This document shows positions 35,205 to 46,370 of a DNA stretch of 64,000 bases, in pieces (within the stretch, counting starts at the first letter, position 1; the number at the start of each line of letters is the position of its first letter). The stretch is from Malacoraja senta (taxonomy: Eukaryota): assembly GCA_038087875.1 (NCBI GenBank), contig CM075991.1:3162001-3226000 (forward strand). Reading direction: 5' to 3'. Made by a program: the position numbers and the translations under genes. The notes beneath the pieces were generated by a model that did no database searches, was not told where the DNA came from, and saw nothing but the letters and a program-made list of their open reading frames with translations.

Positions 35205-37710
35205 ATGTGACCCCAGCTCTTCCCCACCCCCACTATAGGCCCCATACCCCCTTCCTCCCTGACCACCCACCGCCTCGGCGTCAGTCCACTCACCTGCCTT
35301 CCTCCGGCCCCAACCCCCATCCTTGCCGTGTGTTCAACAACCCCCCTGACCTCCCCCTCTCGGATACGGAACGTTCTGTCCTCAGCAGAGGCCTCACCTT
35401 TGTTCCCCTCCGTCCCCACCTCAATGAGTTCCGCGTCCGCCACGATGTGGAGCTCTTCTTCCGTCGCCTCCTCATCAAAGCGTTTTTCCACGGGAAGGAG
35501 TCCTCGCCCCCAGTGATGACCCCTTCTCCCGTCTCCAATGGACCCCTCCTCTTGGACTCCCCCTCATGGCCATCTACCGGCTTTAGACCTTTTTATTTTA
35601 AACTGCCGGCGGGACATCAGCCGCCTCAACTTCTCCACTCCCCTTTCTCACTCTAACCCCCCCCCCCCCTGACGTACAGCCCTCCACTCACTCTGCAACA
35701 ACCCAGACTGGGTGATCAAAACTGCCGACAAGGGAGGTGCCGTGGTAATCTGGCGCGCTGATCTCTACAAAGCTGAGGCCACGCGTCAACTCTCAGACAC
35801 TTCCTCCTACTTATCCTTGGATCATGACCCCACAGATGAGCACCAGGCCATCATCTCTAACACTATCACTGACTTCATCACATCCGTCTTCCTGCCTCCC
35901 AAGCCTCCAACCTCATCGTTCCCCAGCCCCGCACGGCCCGATTTTACTTTCTCCCCAAAATCCACAAACCTGACTGTCCTGGCAGACCCATTGTTTCTGC
36001 CTGTTCGTGCCCCACGAACATATTTCCACATACCTCGACTCCATCCAATCCCCCTTGGTTAAATCCCTCCCTACGCATGTTCAAGACACCTCACACGTTC
36101 CTCGCCTCCTCCATGACTTCCGTTTTCTAGGCCCCCATTCCCTCATCTTCACCAAGGATGTCCAGTCACTCTACACCTCCATCCCCCACCAGGATGGTCT
36201 TAAAGCCCTCTGTTTCTTCCTCGACCATAGAAGCAGCCAATCCTCGTCTACTGATACTCTCCTCCGCCAAACGGAGTTGGTCCTTACCCTTAACAACTTT
36301 TCGTTTGACTCCTCCCATTTCCTCCAAATCCAAGGCGTAGCTATGGGCATGCACATGGGCCCAAGCTATGCCAGCCTCTTTTTAAGTGTTAGTCGAACAA
36401 TCCTTGTTCGATGTGTACCACGGCCCTATCCCTGAACTCTACCTCTGCTACATCGACAACTGCATTGGTGTTACCTCCTGCACCCATACAGAACTCACTG
36501 ACTTCATCCAATTCACCACTAACTTCCATCCGGCACTCAAATACACATCTCCCTACAGTTTCTGGACCTCACTATCTCCATCGCAGGTGACAGAATACTG
36601 ACCGGCATCTACTATAAACCCACTGACTCCCATGGCTATCTGGACTACACTTCTTCCCACCCTGCTTCCTGTAACGACTACATCCTCTACTCACACTTCC
36701 TCCGCCTCTGCACCCAGATGAGGTGTTCCACACTAGGGCATCGGAGATGTCCTCATTCTTTAGGGAACAGGGGATCCCCTCTTCCACTATAGATGAGGCT
36801 CTCACCAGGGTATCTTCTGTACACCGTAACTCTGCTCTCACTCCCCATCACCCCAATCGTAACAAGGGCAGAGTCCCCCATGTCCTCACCTTCCACCCTA
36901 CCAACCGTCACATGCAACAAATAATCCCCCGACATTTTCGCCACCTCCAACGGGATCCCACCACTGGCCACATCTTCCCATCTCCTCCCCTTTTGGATTT
37001 CCGCAGAGTCCACTCCCTCCCTAACTCCCTGGTCAATTCTTCCCTTCCCACCCAAACCACCCCCTCTCCTGGCACTTTCCCTTGCAACTGCAGGAAATGC
37101 TACACTTGTCGCTTTACCTCCCCCCTTGACTCCATTCAAGGACCCAAGCAGTCTTTCCAGGTGCGGCAGAGGTTCACCTTCTCCTCCTCCAACCTCATCT
37201 ATTGCATCCGCTGCTCTAGGTGTCAGCTGCTCTACATCGGTGAGACCAAGCTTGGCGATCGCTTCGCCCAACACCTCTGGTCTGTTCGCAATAACCAACC
37301 TGATCTCCCGATGGCTCAGCACTTCAACTCCCCCTCCCATTCTGAATCCGACCTTTCTGTCCTGGGGCTCCTCCATGGCCAGAGTGAGGCCCACCGTCAA
37401 TTGGAGGGGCAGCACCTCATATTTCGGTTAGGTAGTTTACACCCCAGCGGTATGAACATTGACTTCTCCAATTTTAGGTAGTCCCTGCTTTCTCCTTCAT
37501 TGCCCTCCCCTTCCCAGCTCTCCCACAGCCCACTGTCTCCGCCTCTTCCTTTCTTCTTCCCGCCCCTCCCACCCCCACATCAGTCTGAAGAAGTGTCTCG
37601 ACCCGAAACGTCGCCTATTTCCTTCGCTCCATAGATGCTGCCTCACCCGCTGAGTTTCTCCAGCATGTTTGTCTACCTTCGATTTTCCAGCATGTGCAGT
37701 TCCTTCTTAA
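35205..37710 (+). mobile_element. Penelope-like retroelement (RT + GIY-YIG endonuclease), frameshifted
   Basis: IKTADKGGAVV, KDVQSLYTSIPH, QGVAMG, YIDN; GIY-YIG NLIYCIRCSRCQLLYIGET..RFAQH preceded by CNCRKCYTC; terminal repeat with hammerhead motif. Confidence 0.93.
37581..37616 (+). ncRNA. Minimal type I hammerhead ribozyme motif in PLE terminal repeat
   Basis: CTGAAGA-A-GTGT-CTCG-ACCC-GAAAC-GTC; one stem II mismatch and weak stem I. Confidence 0.6.
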
Positions 37711-38584
37711 ACATAACACATAACAATATCCCATTCGCAGTCTGTCATTTACATCTCTTCTCATTGTACTCACTTCGGTGTCCACAAGGGCCAGTAAATC
37801 GCCGTTGTTGCTTCCTCTTTTGCAAACAGTCTCCGCCACTCATGTTTCCCTGTCTGAAACAGAAAGCACCCACCGCCATACACCCGCAACGCCAACATAA
37901 CCCCTGGCAATTCCACTTCAATTTTACACATTCCATAACCCTGTGTAGATAACTCTCAACTCTCTCTAGATTCCCACTTCCAAGACAACTGGTGAAAAAC
38001 CTTTGATCTTCCTCATATTACGGACCAACATTCTGGTCAGCACCCAACCCTCGTGCGGGGATACAAACAATACTCGTTTGTGCGGACACTCCCATGGCGT
38101 TCGTACCGATATCCCGGTAAAAGTATAAAGGTTTCAAAGGTCTTTTATTGTCACATGTACCAATTAAGGTACAGCGATATGCGAATTACCATACAGCCAT
38201 ACGAAAAAAAGAGCAACAAGACACACAACTATATAAAAGTTAACATAAACATCCACCACACCGGATTCCCCACATTTCTCACTGCGATGGAAGGTAAAAA
38301 AAAATTCAACCTACTTCCCCTTTAATCATGGGAGTCATCTTATTCACAACCATTTGATATTTTGCCGCGTAAACCGGCTCCTCACATGCTCGAAGCTCCT
38401 TTTCTCCCTTTCAGTCCCTGCATCAGCTGAATTTTAATCCGCCAACCCCCCCCCCCCTCCCCCTCCCGCACAACTCAAATGCCAGAGCCGTCCAGATCCT
38501 CGGCACTGGCGAATTGGAAACAACACTTGACAGAAAGCTTCAGATGCTGGGAATGTGCAGTCCTTTTGTATTCACTTTCGCATC

Positions 38585-38790
38585 CAACACACTAGGGGCA
38601 ATTTACGGAAAATAGAAACCCACAAACCTGCAAGTCTTTAAAGTGTGAGAGGAAATGCCACGCACCCGGAGAAATCCCACGCGGCCACCGGGAGAACGTA
38701 CAGACTCCGCTCAGACAGCACCCGGAGACAGGATCCAACCCGACGTTGTGAGGCAGCAGCGCTACCGCTGCGCCTCTGGACAGCCCCGTG
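38585..38790 (-). mobile_element. tRNA-derived HE1/V-SINE-like element
   Basis: Reverse complement of GGCGCAGCGGTAG..GCTGCCTCACA head and GGAGT.TG.ACGTTCTCCC V-domain-like core; homologous to copies at ~45.9 kb, ~49.3 kb and 56.8/62.9 kb. Confidence 0.7.
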
Positions 38791-39980
38791 GCAGGAGAGT
38801 TGATTGTTGAGGTGGAAGACCATTGTCAGAAGTTTGAAGGAGTGAAAAGAATCTCGTTAGGCTGTAGTGTGTACAAGAAGTAAAAGTTTCCTCGTTTCAC
38901 TTTAGTTTCCTTTGCCATTCGTTTTATTTCATGTCCTTCCGGATTGCATTTAACTTTTCTCCGATGGCTTGATGATTTTGTTTATCGACATGCCCTTGGG
39001 GTTTCCTGATTGTTACGTTGGTTTTCAGACCCTGACATCCCGTTCACATTCGAGCAGCTTCCTCTTACTAGAGTAAATAAAAATCACTCTAGTAAATCTA
39101 CTTGAAACTTATCTAAGCCATTCACACCTCTCCTGAACGGTGGCCGAACAACTATAGACATAGACAAAAGGCAACAGGTGCAGGAGTAGGTGATTCGGCC
39201 CTTCAAGCCAGCACCGCCATTCACTGTGATCATGTTGACCATCCACAATCACCTTGACTCCGCTACCTTTAAGAGCTCTATAACCCTCTCTTGAAAGCAT
39301 CCAGCGAATTGTATAATTCTACAACTGTAGAAGGACCACATTGCTCCTATAGTACCTAACTCATCTTGTTATGAAGGCCAACATGACATTAGCTTTCTTC
39401 ACTGCCTGCTGTATCTGCATGCTTCCTTTTAGTGACTGCTGAACAAGGACACCCAGATCTCGATGTACTTCCCTTTTTCCTAACTTGACACCATTCAGAT
39501 AATAATCTGCCTTCCTGTTCTTGCCACCAAAGTGCATAACCTCACATTTATCCACATTAAACTGCATCTGCCATGCCTCTGCCTACTCACCTAACCTGTA
39601 CAAGTCACCCTGCATCCTCAGAGCATCCGCCTCACAGTTCACACTGCCACCCAAATTTGCTAATGTTACTCTTAATCCCTTCATCTAAATCATTAATGCA
39701 TATTGTGGTGCCAGCACAGAGCCTTGCGGTACCTCACTACTCACTGCCTGCCAGTCTGAAAGGCACCCGTTAATCCCTACTCTTTGTTCCTGTCTGCCAA
39801 CCAATTTTCTAACCATGTCAGTACCCTACCCCAATACAATGTGCTCTAATTTTGCCCACTAATCTCCTATGTGGGACCTTATCAAAGGCTTTCTGAACGT
39901 CCAGGTACATTACATCCAATAGCTCTCCCTTGTTCATTTTCCTACTTACATCCTAAAATAATCCAGAAGATTAGTCAAGC

Positions 39981-39981
<1 letters not shown>

Positions 39982-40011
<30 letters not shown>

Positions 40012-40021
40012 GAAGAAGAAG
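39982..40021. repeat. (AAT)n(AAG)n microsatellite
   Basis: Directly visible; forms the tail of a short inserted element. Confidence 0.9.
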
Positions 40022-40976
40022 CCTTTATTGTCATTGTACTTAGAAATACAACGACATTAGGAGAGCTACTCCTGATCAGTGCAACCAAAACAAGCCCAAA
40101 CAAGACAAAAAACATCCAATACATTCAATACGTTATTTAACTGCTTAAAATAGTAGATACATTATAATTATCACACCTAGGTAGAACATTGCACTGGCAG
40201 AATATTACACTTTAAAATGTAATAAATACTTAAAAGATTTCCCCTTCGTAAATCCATGCTGACTCGGACCGACCCTGTTACTGCTATTCAAATGTGCTGC
40301 TATTTCATCTTTTGTAATGGACTCCAATATCTTCCCCACCAACGATGTCAGGCCAACTGGTCTATAATCCCCTGTTTTTCACTCTCCCTCCTTTGTTAAA
40401 GCAGTGGGATAACATTGGCTACCCTCCAATCCACAGGAACTGATCCTGAATTTATAGAAGATTGGAAATTGATCACCAATGCGTCCACCATTTCCAGAGG
40501 CAATGCCTTAAGTACCCTGGGATGCACACCTTCAGGCCCTGGGGACTTATCAACCTTCAGTCCCATCAGTCTACCCAATAGCATTTCCTGCCTAATGTGA
40601 AGTTCCTTCAGTTCCTCCATCACCCTAAGTTCTCTGGCCACTAGTACATCTGGGAGATTGTTTGTGTCTTCCTTAGTGAAGCCAGATCCAAAGTACCTGT
40701 TCAACTCGTCTGGCATTTCCTTGTTCGCCATAATAAATTCACCTGTTTCTGTCCTCAACGGACCCACATTTGCCTTATCTCATATTTTCCTCTTCACATA
40801 CCTAAAGAAGCTTTCACTATCCTCCTTTACATTCTTGGCTAGCTTGCCTTCGTACTTCACCGTTTCTCCCCGCATTGCCTTTTTAGTTATCTTCTGTTGC
40901 TCTTTAAAAGTTTCCCAATCCTCTGGCTTCCCGCTCATCTTTCCTATGTTATACTTATTTTCCTTTATATTTACAC

Positions 40977-43900
40977 TGTAGATGATATATGCATGTGCCT
41001 TTAACATAGTGACCTCATACCTACTAACCACTCCCCATATCACAAGTATAAGTACAACCTCCCCACCCACAGATCGCTCTCTAGTTCCTGTAACAGACCA
41101 CGTACAGCTAGTGCAATATGTAATGCTCCAGTATGAATAAAGATAGTAAAGTAACGATGCCTCGTTTAAGATTCTTTACATGGTGTCAAACCACTTACCT
41201 TGCGCCTCCTGTATATCGGTTTATCATTTAATTTTGTCCCAGTTTTTTTGTTTCCCCCGCCCTCCCATTTCTTTGTTATGGCCTCTTCTGCCCGTAAGCC
41301 TGGTGTGCTCGTTTTCGATTTAGACATCGCCCTTCGATGGGACGTATTCAAACGTGACTTTGAACACTATGTCACGATCGCTCATCCTGCCGCCACCGCT
41401 GATCTCAAAGCCTCTCTGGTTCTCAACTTGGCTGGTCCCGAGGCCCTGACTCGCTCTGACTTCTTCGTCTACGCTGCTGGAGAATCAGCTCGGGACCCGG
41501 TATGTCTGGTGGCTAAGTTTGATGCTATTTGTGATATCCCAACAAACTGCATCTTAGAACGTTTTAAACTGTTCGCGCGGCGTCAGCTCCCTGGGGAAAA
41601 TGCTGAGAACTATGTCTCTGGGCTGCGCCACCTGGCCAGGCGCTGCCGCCTCCACACGTGGACCCCCGATGAGATTATCAGGGACCTTCTGGTTTACGGT
41701 CTCCGCGATGATAAGCTCAGGGCCGAACTTCTGCGCAAGCCGGATCTGACTTTTAACGATGCGATGCACGCCACTCGCTTAGCTGAAGCTGTCACCTCGG
41801 CGGTGTCACCGGCTGAACAGGCGATTAACTTTGCCAGCACTCCCAGTCATCTGATGAACACGGCCCGGTCGCGGCCCCCGGGGTCGCTCGCTGCTCGAGG
41901 GGGACGTGCCCCGGGGTTCGGTACTGCTCCAGGGAGAGGTACCCGGGAAAGGTGCCCTAATTGCAACTTCACCACTCATCAATACAATGTGTGCCCTGCC
42001 TTGGGTAAAACGTGTAATGTCTGCAAGAAATTGAACCATTTTGCTGCGGCCTGTCGCTCCCGTGGGAAGCCTGTCGCTGCTCCGAGGGGAAATTTAAACA
42101 ACCTTCTGCAAACTGATAGTGAGCTCAGCTCCCAGTGCTATTTCGATGCACAGTCTGTTTCTGCATCCGACTCCTCTCAGGGGGAGAACAGCTTGTATAC
42201 TGTGTTGGGCGCACCTGCTATGATAACGGACCCTTCTGTGCGAGTCACTGTGAACAACTCGACCTTCACTGCTAAGATTGACACGGGGGCGGTTGCGAAC
42301 GTAATGTCAACATCTCTCTTCAAACAGATAAGGACTAATGAGCAGATTTTTTCTCAGAACTCAACCTTGCATGCCTACGGGGGGGAGATTCTTACTCCTG
42401 TGGGCAAGGCCACGCTACGCTGTAAGATACTAGAGACCTCTCGGCCCCTCACCTTCTATCTCCTCAATCGAAAATGCATTCCCCTGCTGGGCATCCGGGC
42501 ATGCCAGGAAATGGACTAGTATCCTTCCACCGTGACATCCACCAGGTGCAGGCCCTCATGGACCCGCTGGCCGATTATCCCGACCGCTTTGATGATGAGC
42601 TAGGCAAACTACCCTGCAGCTACAAGATTGTAGTGGACCGTAAGATCGATCCAGTGGTCAATGCTCCTCACCGTGTCGCCTTCGCCATGAAGGACAGAGT
42701 GGAGTCGACACTACACAGTATGGTACAAATGGGCATCCTAAAGGCGGTCATCGAGCCCACCAGGTGGGTCTCTTCCATGGTTGTTGCTGCGAAAAAGGAC
42801 ATGAGCGAGATACGCATCTGCATCAACCCCAAAGACCTCAACCTGGCCATTAGACGCCCGCACTACCCCATGAGAACGGTAGAAGAAGTCGCTGCACAGG
42901 TTGGTCCGGTAACGTTTTTTTCTGTCCTCGATGCCAAAAGCTCCTTCTGGCAGATACCACTGGACGAGCAGTCGTCCATTTTGACAACTTTTGCCACCCC
43001 CTACGGGAGGTTTCGGTTCCTTCGAATGCCATTCGGAATCAACTCTGCCAGCGAGGTATTCCAGCGGACAATGGAGCAGTTGTTTTCAGGTCTACCATGC
43101 GCCATCATTGTTGACGACATCCTCGTTTACGGCAAGGACGTTGCCGAACACGATGTCAACCTCCGCCAGGTCCTGGACCGGGCCCGGCAAATCAACTTGA
43201 AACTTAACCCCAAGAAGTGCCGATTCCGCGTCCCGGAGGTCACCTATGTTGGACATGTATTCACCGCCGAGGGGTTAAAGCCAGACCCGCAAAAAACGGC
43301 TGCCATTTCAGGGATGCCTTCTCCTACTAATGTGGCAGGCCTACAACGCTTCCTGGGCTTGGTAAACTACCTGGGGAAGTTCATCCCCGACCTCAGCGAG
43401 CTCAGCGCTCCCCTGAGGGATTTGATAAAAAAGGACACGTCCTGGGCTTGGTTCCCCCACCATCAGAAAGCATTCGACATTCTTAAGTCCAAGCTGATCA
43501 GCACCCCCACGCTCAAGTTTTTTGACCTGCAGCGTCCCATTGTCCTCACCTGCGACGCCTCTCAGTTCGGACTCGGTGCCGCCTGTCTCCAGGTCCATGA
43601 CGGCCTACAGCTGCCTGTCTCCTTCGCATCCCGCACCATGACCGTCACCGAACAGCACTACGCGCAGATTGAGAAGGAGCTACTGGCCGTGGTGTTTGCC
43701 TGCTCCAAATTCAGAGACTACATCGTGGGCAACACTTTCACCATTGAAACTGACCATCAGCCACTTGTCACCATCCTCAACAAGTCGATCCATGTGGCCT
43801 CATCACGCCTACAGCGCATGATGCTGCAGCTCCAGCGCTTCACGTTCACGGTGGTTTATCGTAAGGGCAAGGACATGTTCGTGGCCGACACGTTGTCTCG

Positions 43901-44876
43901 CGCCCCGCTGTCATCCACCGTTCGCCACCCATATGAGATGTCTGATCTATTGGTGCTCCAAATGGACATCGTCCCTTCACAACAGATGAAGTCCCTGGTT
44001 GAACACACTACCAATGACCCTGCCCTGCAACAGCTGTCTGCCATCATCCAGCGGGGCTGGCCCGACCGTCGTTCCGCATTGCCGGCTGGTGCCGTGCCCT
44101 ACTTCCCCGGTCAAGTTGTCCGTATGCAGACCACTTCCGGTCACTCCAAGCTCGCCACCGTCGTCGGCTCTGCGGGGTCGCCCAGGTCTTATCTCGTCGA
44201 CCATGCTGGAGCCATTTACCGACGGTCCCGCCAGCACCTTCGGCTCGTCAACGAGCCGCGTCCTCCTGCCGCGGATCCCTTTGCTCCCCCACTGCCGGCT
44301 TCGCGTCCGGGCGTTGCTCTGCCCGTCCTTCCTAACATGCAACGTTCTGCACCTCCTCAACTCCTTCCATCCCACCCTGCTCCGACTAGTCCTCGCTCGC
44401 CTGCCCGCGCACTGCCCGCTCCTGATCCCGCATCACCTCCGGGTTTGGTGCCGCGGTCTCCTCCGTCTCCTCCCGTTTCCCCCTTTCAGGTTCGTCTGTC
44501 CCCATCAGTGCTTCTTCCTCCTGCCGGAAGGGAGGATGGCGAGACGCGAACCCGGTCGGGACGTCTTGTCAAACCGCCTGTCCGCTATGGCGATTTTGTT
44601 TAACCATCCTAGCGCATGAGCCGTGGTCGCCCTGTCACCATTGTATTTGCCTGTCGATTCGGAGGGGAAGGATGTAGATGATATATGCATGTGCCTTTAA
44701 CATAGTGACCTCATACCTACTAACCACTCCCCATATCACAAGTATAAGTACAACCTCCCCACCCACAGATCGCTCTCTAGTTCCTGTGACAGACCACGTA
44801 CAGCTAGTGCAATATGTAATGCTCCAGTATGAATAAAGATAGTAAAGTAACGATGCCTCGTTATAGATTCTTTACA
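40977..44876 (+). mobile_element. Ty3/Gypsy LTR retrotransposon with two 204-bp LTRs and an integrase-core deletion
   Basis: LTRs TG..CA at 40977-41180 and 44673-44876 (3 mismatches by eye), PBS-like TGGTGTCA at 41181, PPT GGAGGGGAAGGA at 44661-44672. Confidence 0.97.
41278..44603 (+). pseudogene. Gypsy gag-pol (Gag zinc knuckles, PR, RT, RNase H, IN C-terminus), 1-bp frameshift near 42512
   Basis: ATG 41278; CPNC..H..C and CNVCKKLNHFAAAC; KIDTGA; IVDDILV; CDASQFGLGA..EKELLAV..TDHQPL; C-terminal RTRSGRLVKPPVRY. Confidence 0.92.
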
Positions 44877-45869
44877 CTTGACTTCCCATGTCAGCCACGG
44901 TCGCCTCTTACTCCCCTTAGAATCTTTCTTCCTCTTTGGAATGAACTGATCCTGCATCTTCTGTATTGTCCCCTGAAATATCTGCCATTGTTGTGCCACT
45001 GTCATTCCTGCTAGGGTCTCTTTCCTGTCAACATTGACCAGCTCCTCTCTCTTGCCTCCTTTGTCCCCTCTGCTCAACTGTAATACTGACACTTCCGATT
45101 TCCCCATCTCCCTCTCAAATTGTAGATTAAAACTTATCAAAACGTAACTTATGTCACTACCATAAGGCTCCTTTACCTTGAGTTCCCTTATCAAATCCGG
45201 TTCATTACGCAACACTAAATCCAGAATTGCCTTCTCCCTTGTAGGCTCCAGTACAAGCTGCTCTAAGAATCCATCTCAGAGGTATTCCACAAACTCCCTT
45301 TCTTGGGGTCTAGTACCAACCTGATTTTCCCAGTCTACCTGCATGTTGAAATCTCCCATAATCACCGTTGCATTACCTTTGCTACGTGCCAATTTTAACT
45401 CTTGATTCAACTAGCACCCTGTATCCAGTTTACTGTTTGGGGGGCAGTAGATAACTCCCATTGGGGTCTTTTTACCCTTACAATTCCTCAGTTCTATGCA
45501 TACTGACTCCACATCTGCTGATTCTATGTCACCCCTTGTAAGGGACTGAATTTAATTCCTCACCAACAGAGCTACCCCACCCCCAATTTTATTACAGGTG
45601 ACAGTTATAGCATGAACCTGCTGCACATGTATATCTTGGCAGAAGTGTTTGTGGGTTTGTGACGCGCTGTCAGAGTGGGCTGGATGAGTAACTGCAATCC
45701 AATTTGTTGTTGTACACCCAACAACCTCCGCGCGCTGGTACTGGAGGGAATGTGTGTTGAGGGCGGTGATATGGTGCCAATCTATCGGGTGCTTTCTCCT
45801 GGATTGTTCGAGCCTTTTGAATGTTATTGCAGCTGCACTCATCCGCCCACCAGCGATCCCCGCTTACTG

Positions 45870-46070
45870 ACACTATCTTACACCACTAGGGACAATTTAC
45901 AATTTTACCAAGCTAATTAACCTACAAATTTTACGTATTTGGTGCGTGGGAGGAAACCGGAGCTCCCGGAGAAAACCCTGGCAGGTCATGGGGACAGCCT
46001 ACAAACTAGGGGAGGGTCGATCACTGGGCTTTTGACATAAGACAGCAACTTTACCGCTGCGCCACTGTGT
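45870..46070 (-). mobile_element. HE1/V-SINE-like element
   Basis: CACACTAGGGACAATTTAC..ACCGCTGCGCCACTGTG, homologous to the other copies in the window. Confidence 0.7.
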
Positions 46071-46109
46071 CTCCTCTCGTTGTGGTTAATGTGAAAAACC
46101 TCATAGCAC

Positions 46110-46370
46110 CAGTACCTTAGAATCAAAGAATGTACCTTTATGATGAACATGAGGAGGAATGTGTTTAGTCAGCCGGATGGTGAATCTGCGGAATTCATTG
46201 TGGAGGTCACATTGAGGAGTTTGACATATTCTTGATTTGTAATAGTGTCAAAGGTTGTGGGGAGAAGGTGGGAGATTAGGATTGAGAGGGAAAGATAGAT
46301 ATTCCACGATTGGATGGCAGGTAGACTTGATGGGCCGAATGGCTTATTTCTGCTCCAATTACTTATGAAC
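46110..46370 (+). mobile_element. Old CR1 3' fragment
   Basis: Degenerate GGTGAATCT..GGAATTCATTG and GATGGGCCGAATGGC 3' UTR motifs. Confidence 0.6.

Larger units (their letters stand above)
39150..45590 (-). mobile_element. Older CR1 LINE interrupted by a Gypsy element and a small insertion
   Basis: ORF2 fragments 39361..39567, 40396..40767, 40780..40976 and 44877-45590 (GGGVALLV); an insertion with an (AAT)n(AAG)n end at ~39982-40235. Confidence 0.88.

Noticed and set aside
42474..42519. Programmed ribosomal frameshift between Gypsy PR and RT
   Set aside because: No slippery heptamer; adding one G restores the expected ACQEMGLV, so a 1-bp deletion or sequence error is simpler.
43999..44619. 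Env-like or extra ORF at the Gypsy 3' end
   Set aside because: Alternate frames of a GC-rich, Pro-rich pol tail with no signal peptide or TM segment.
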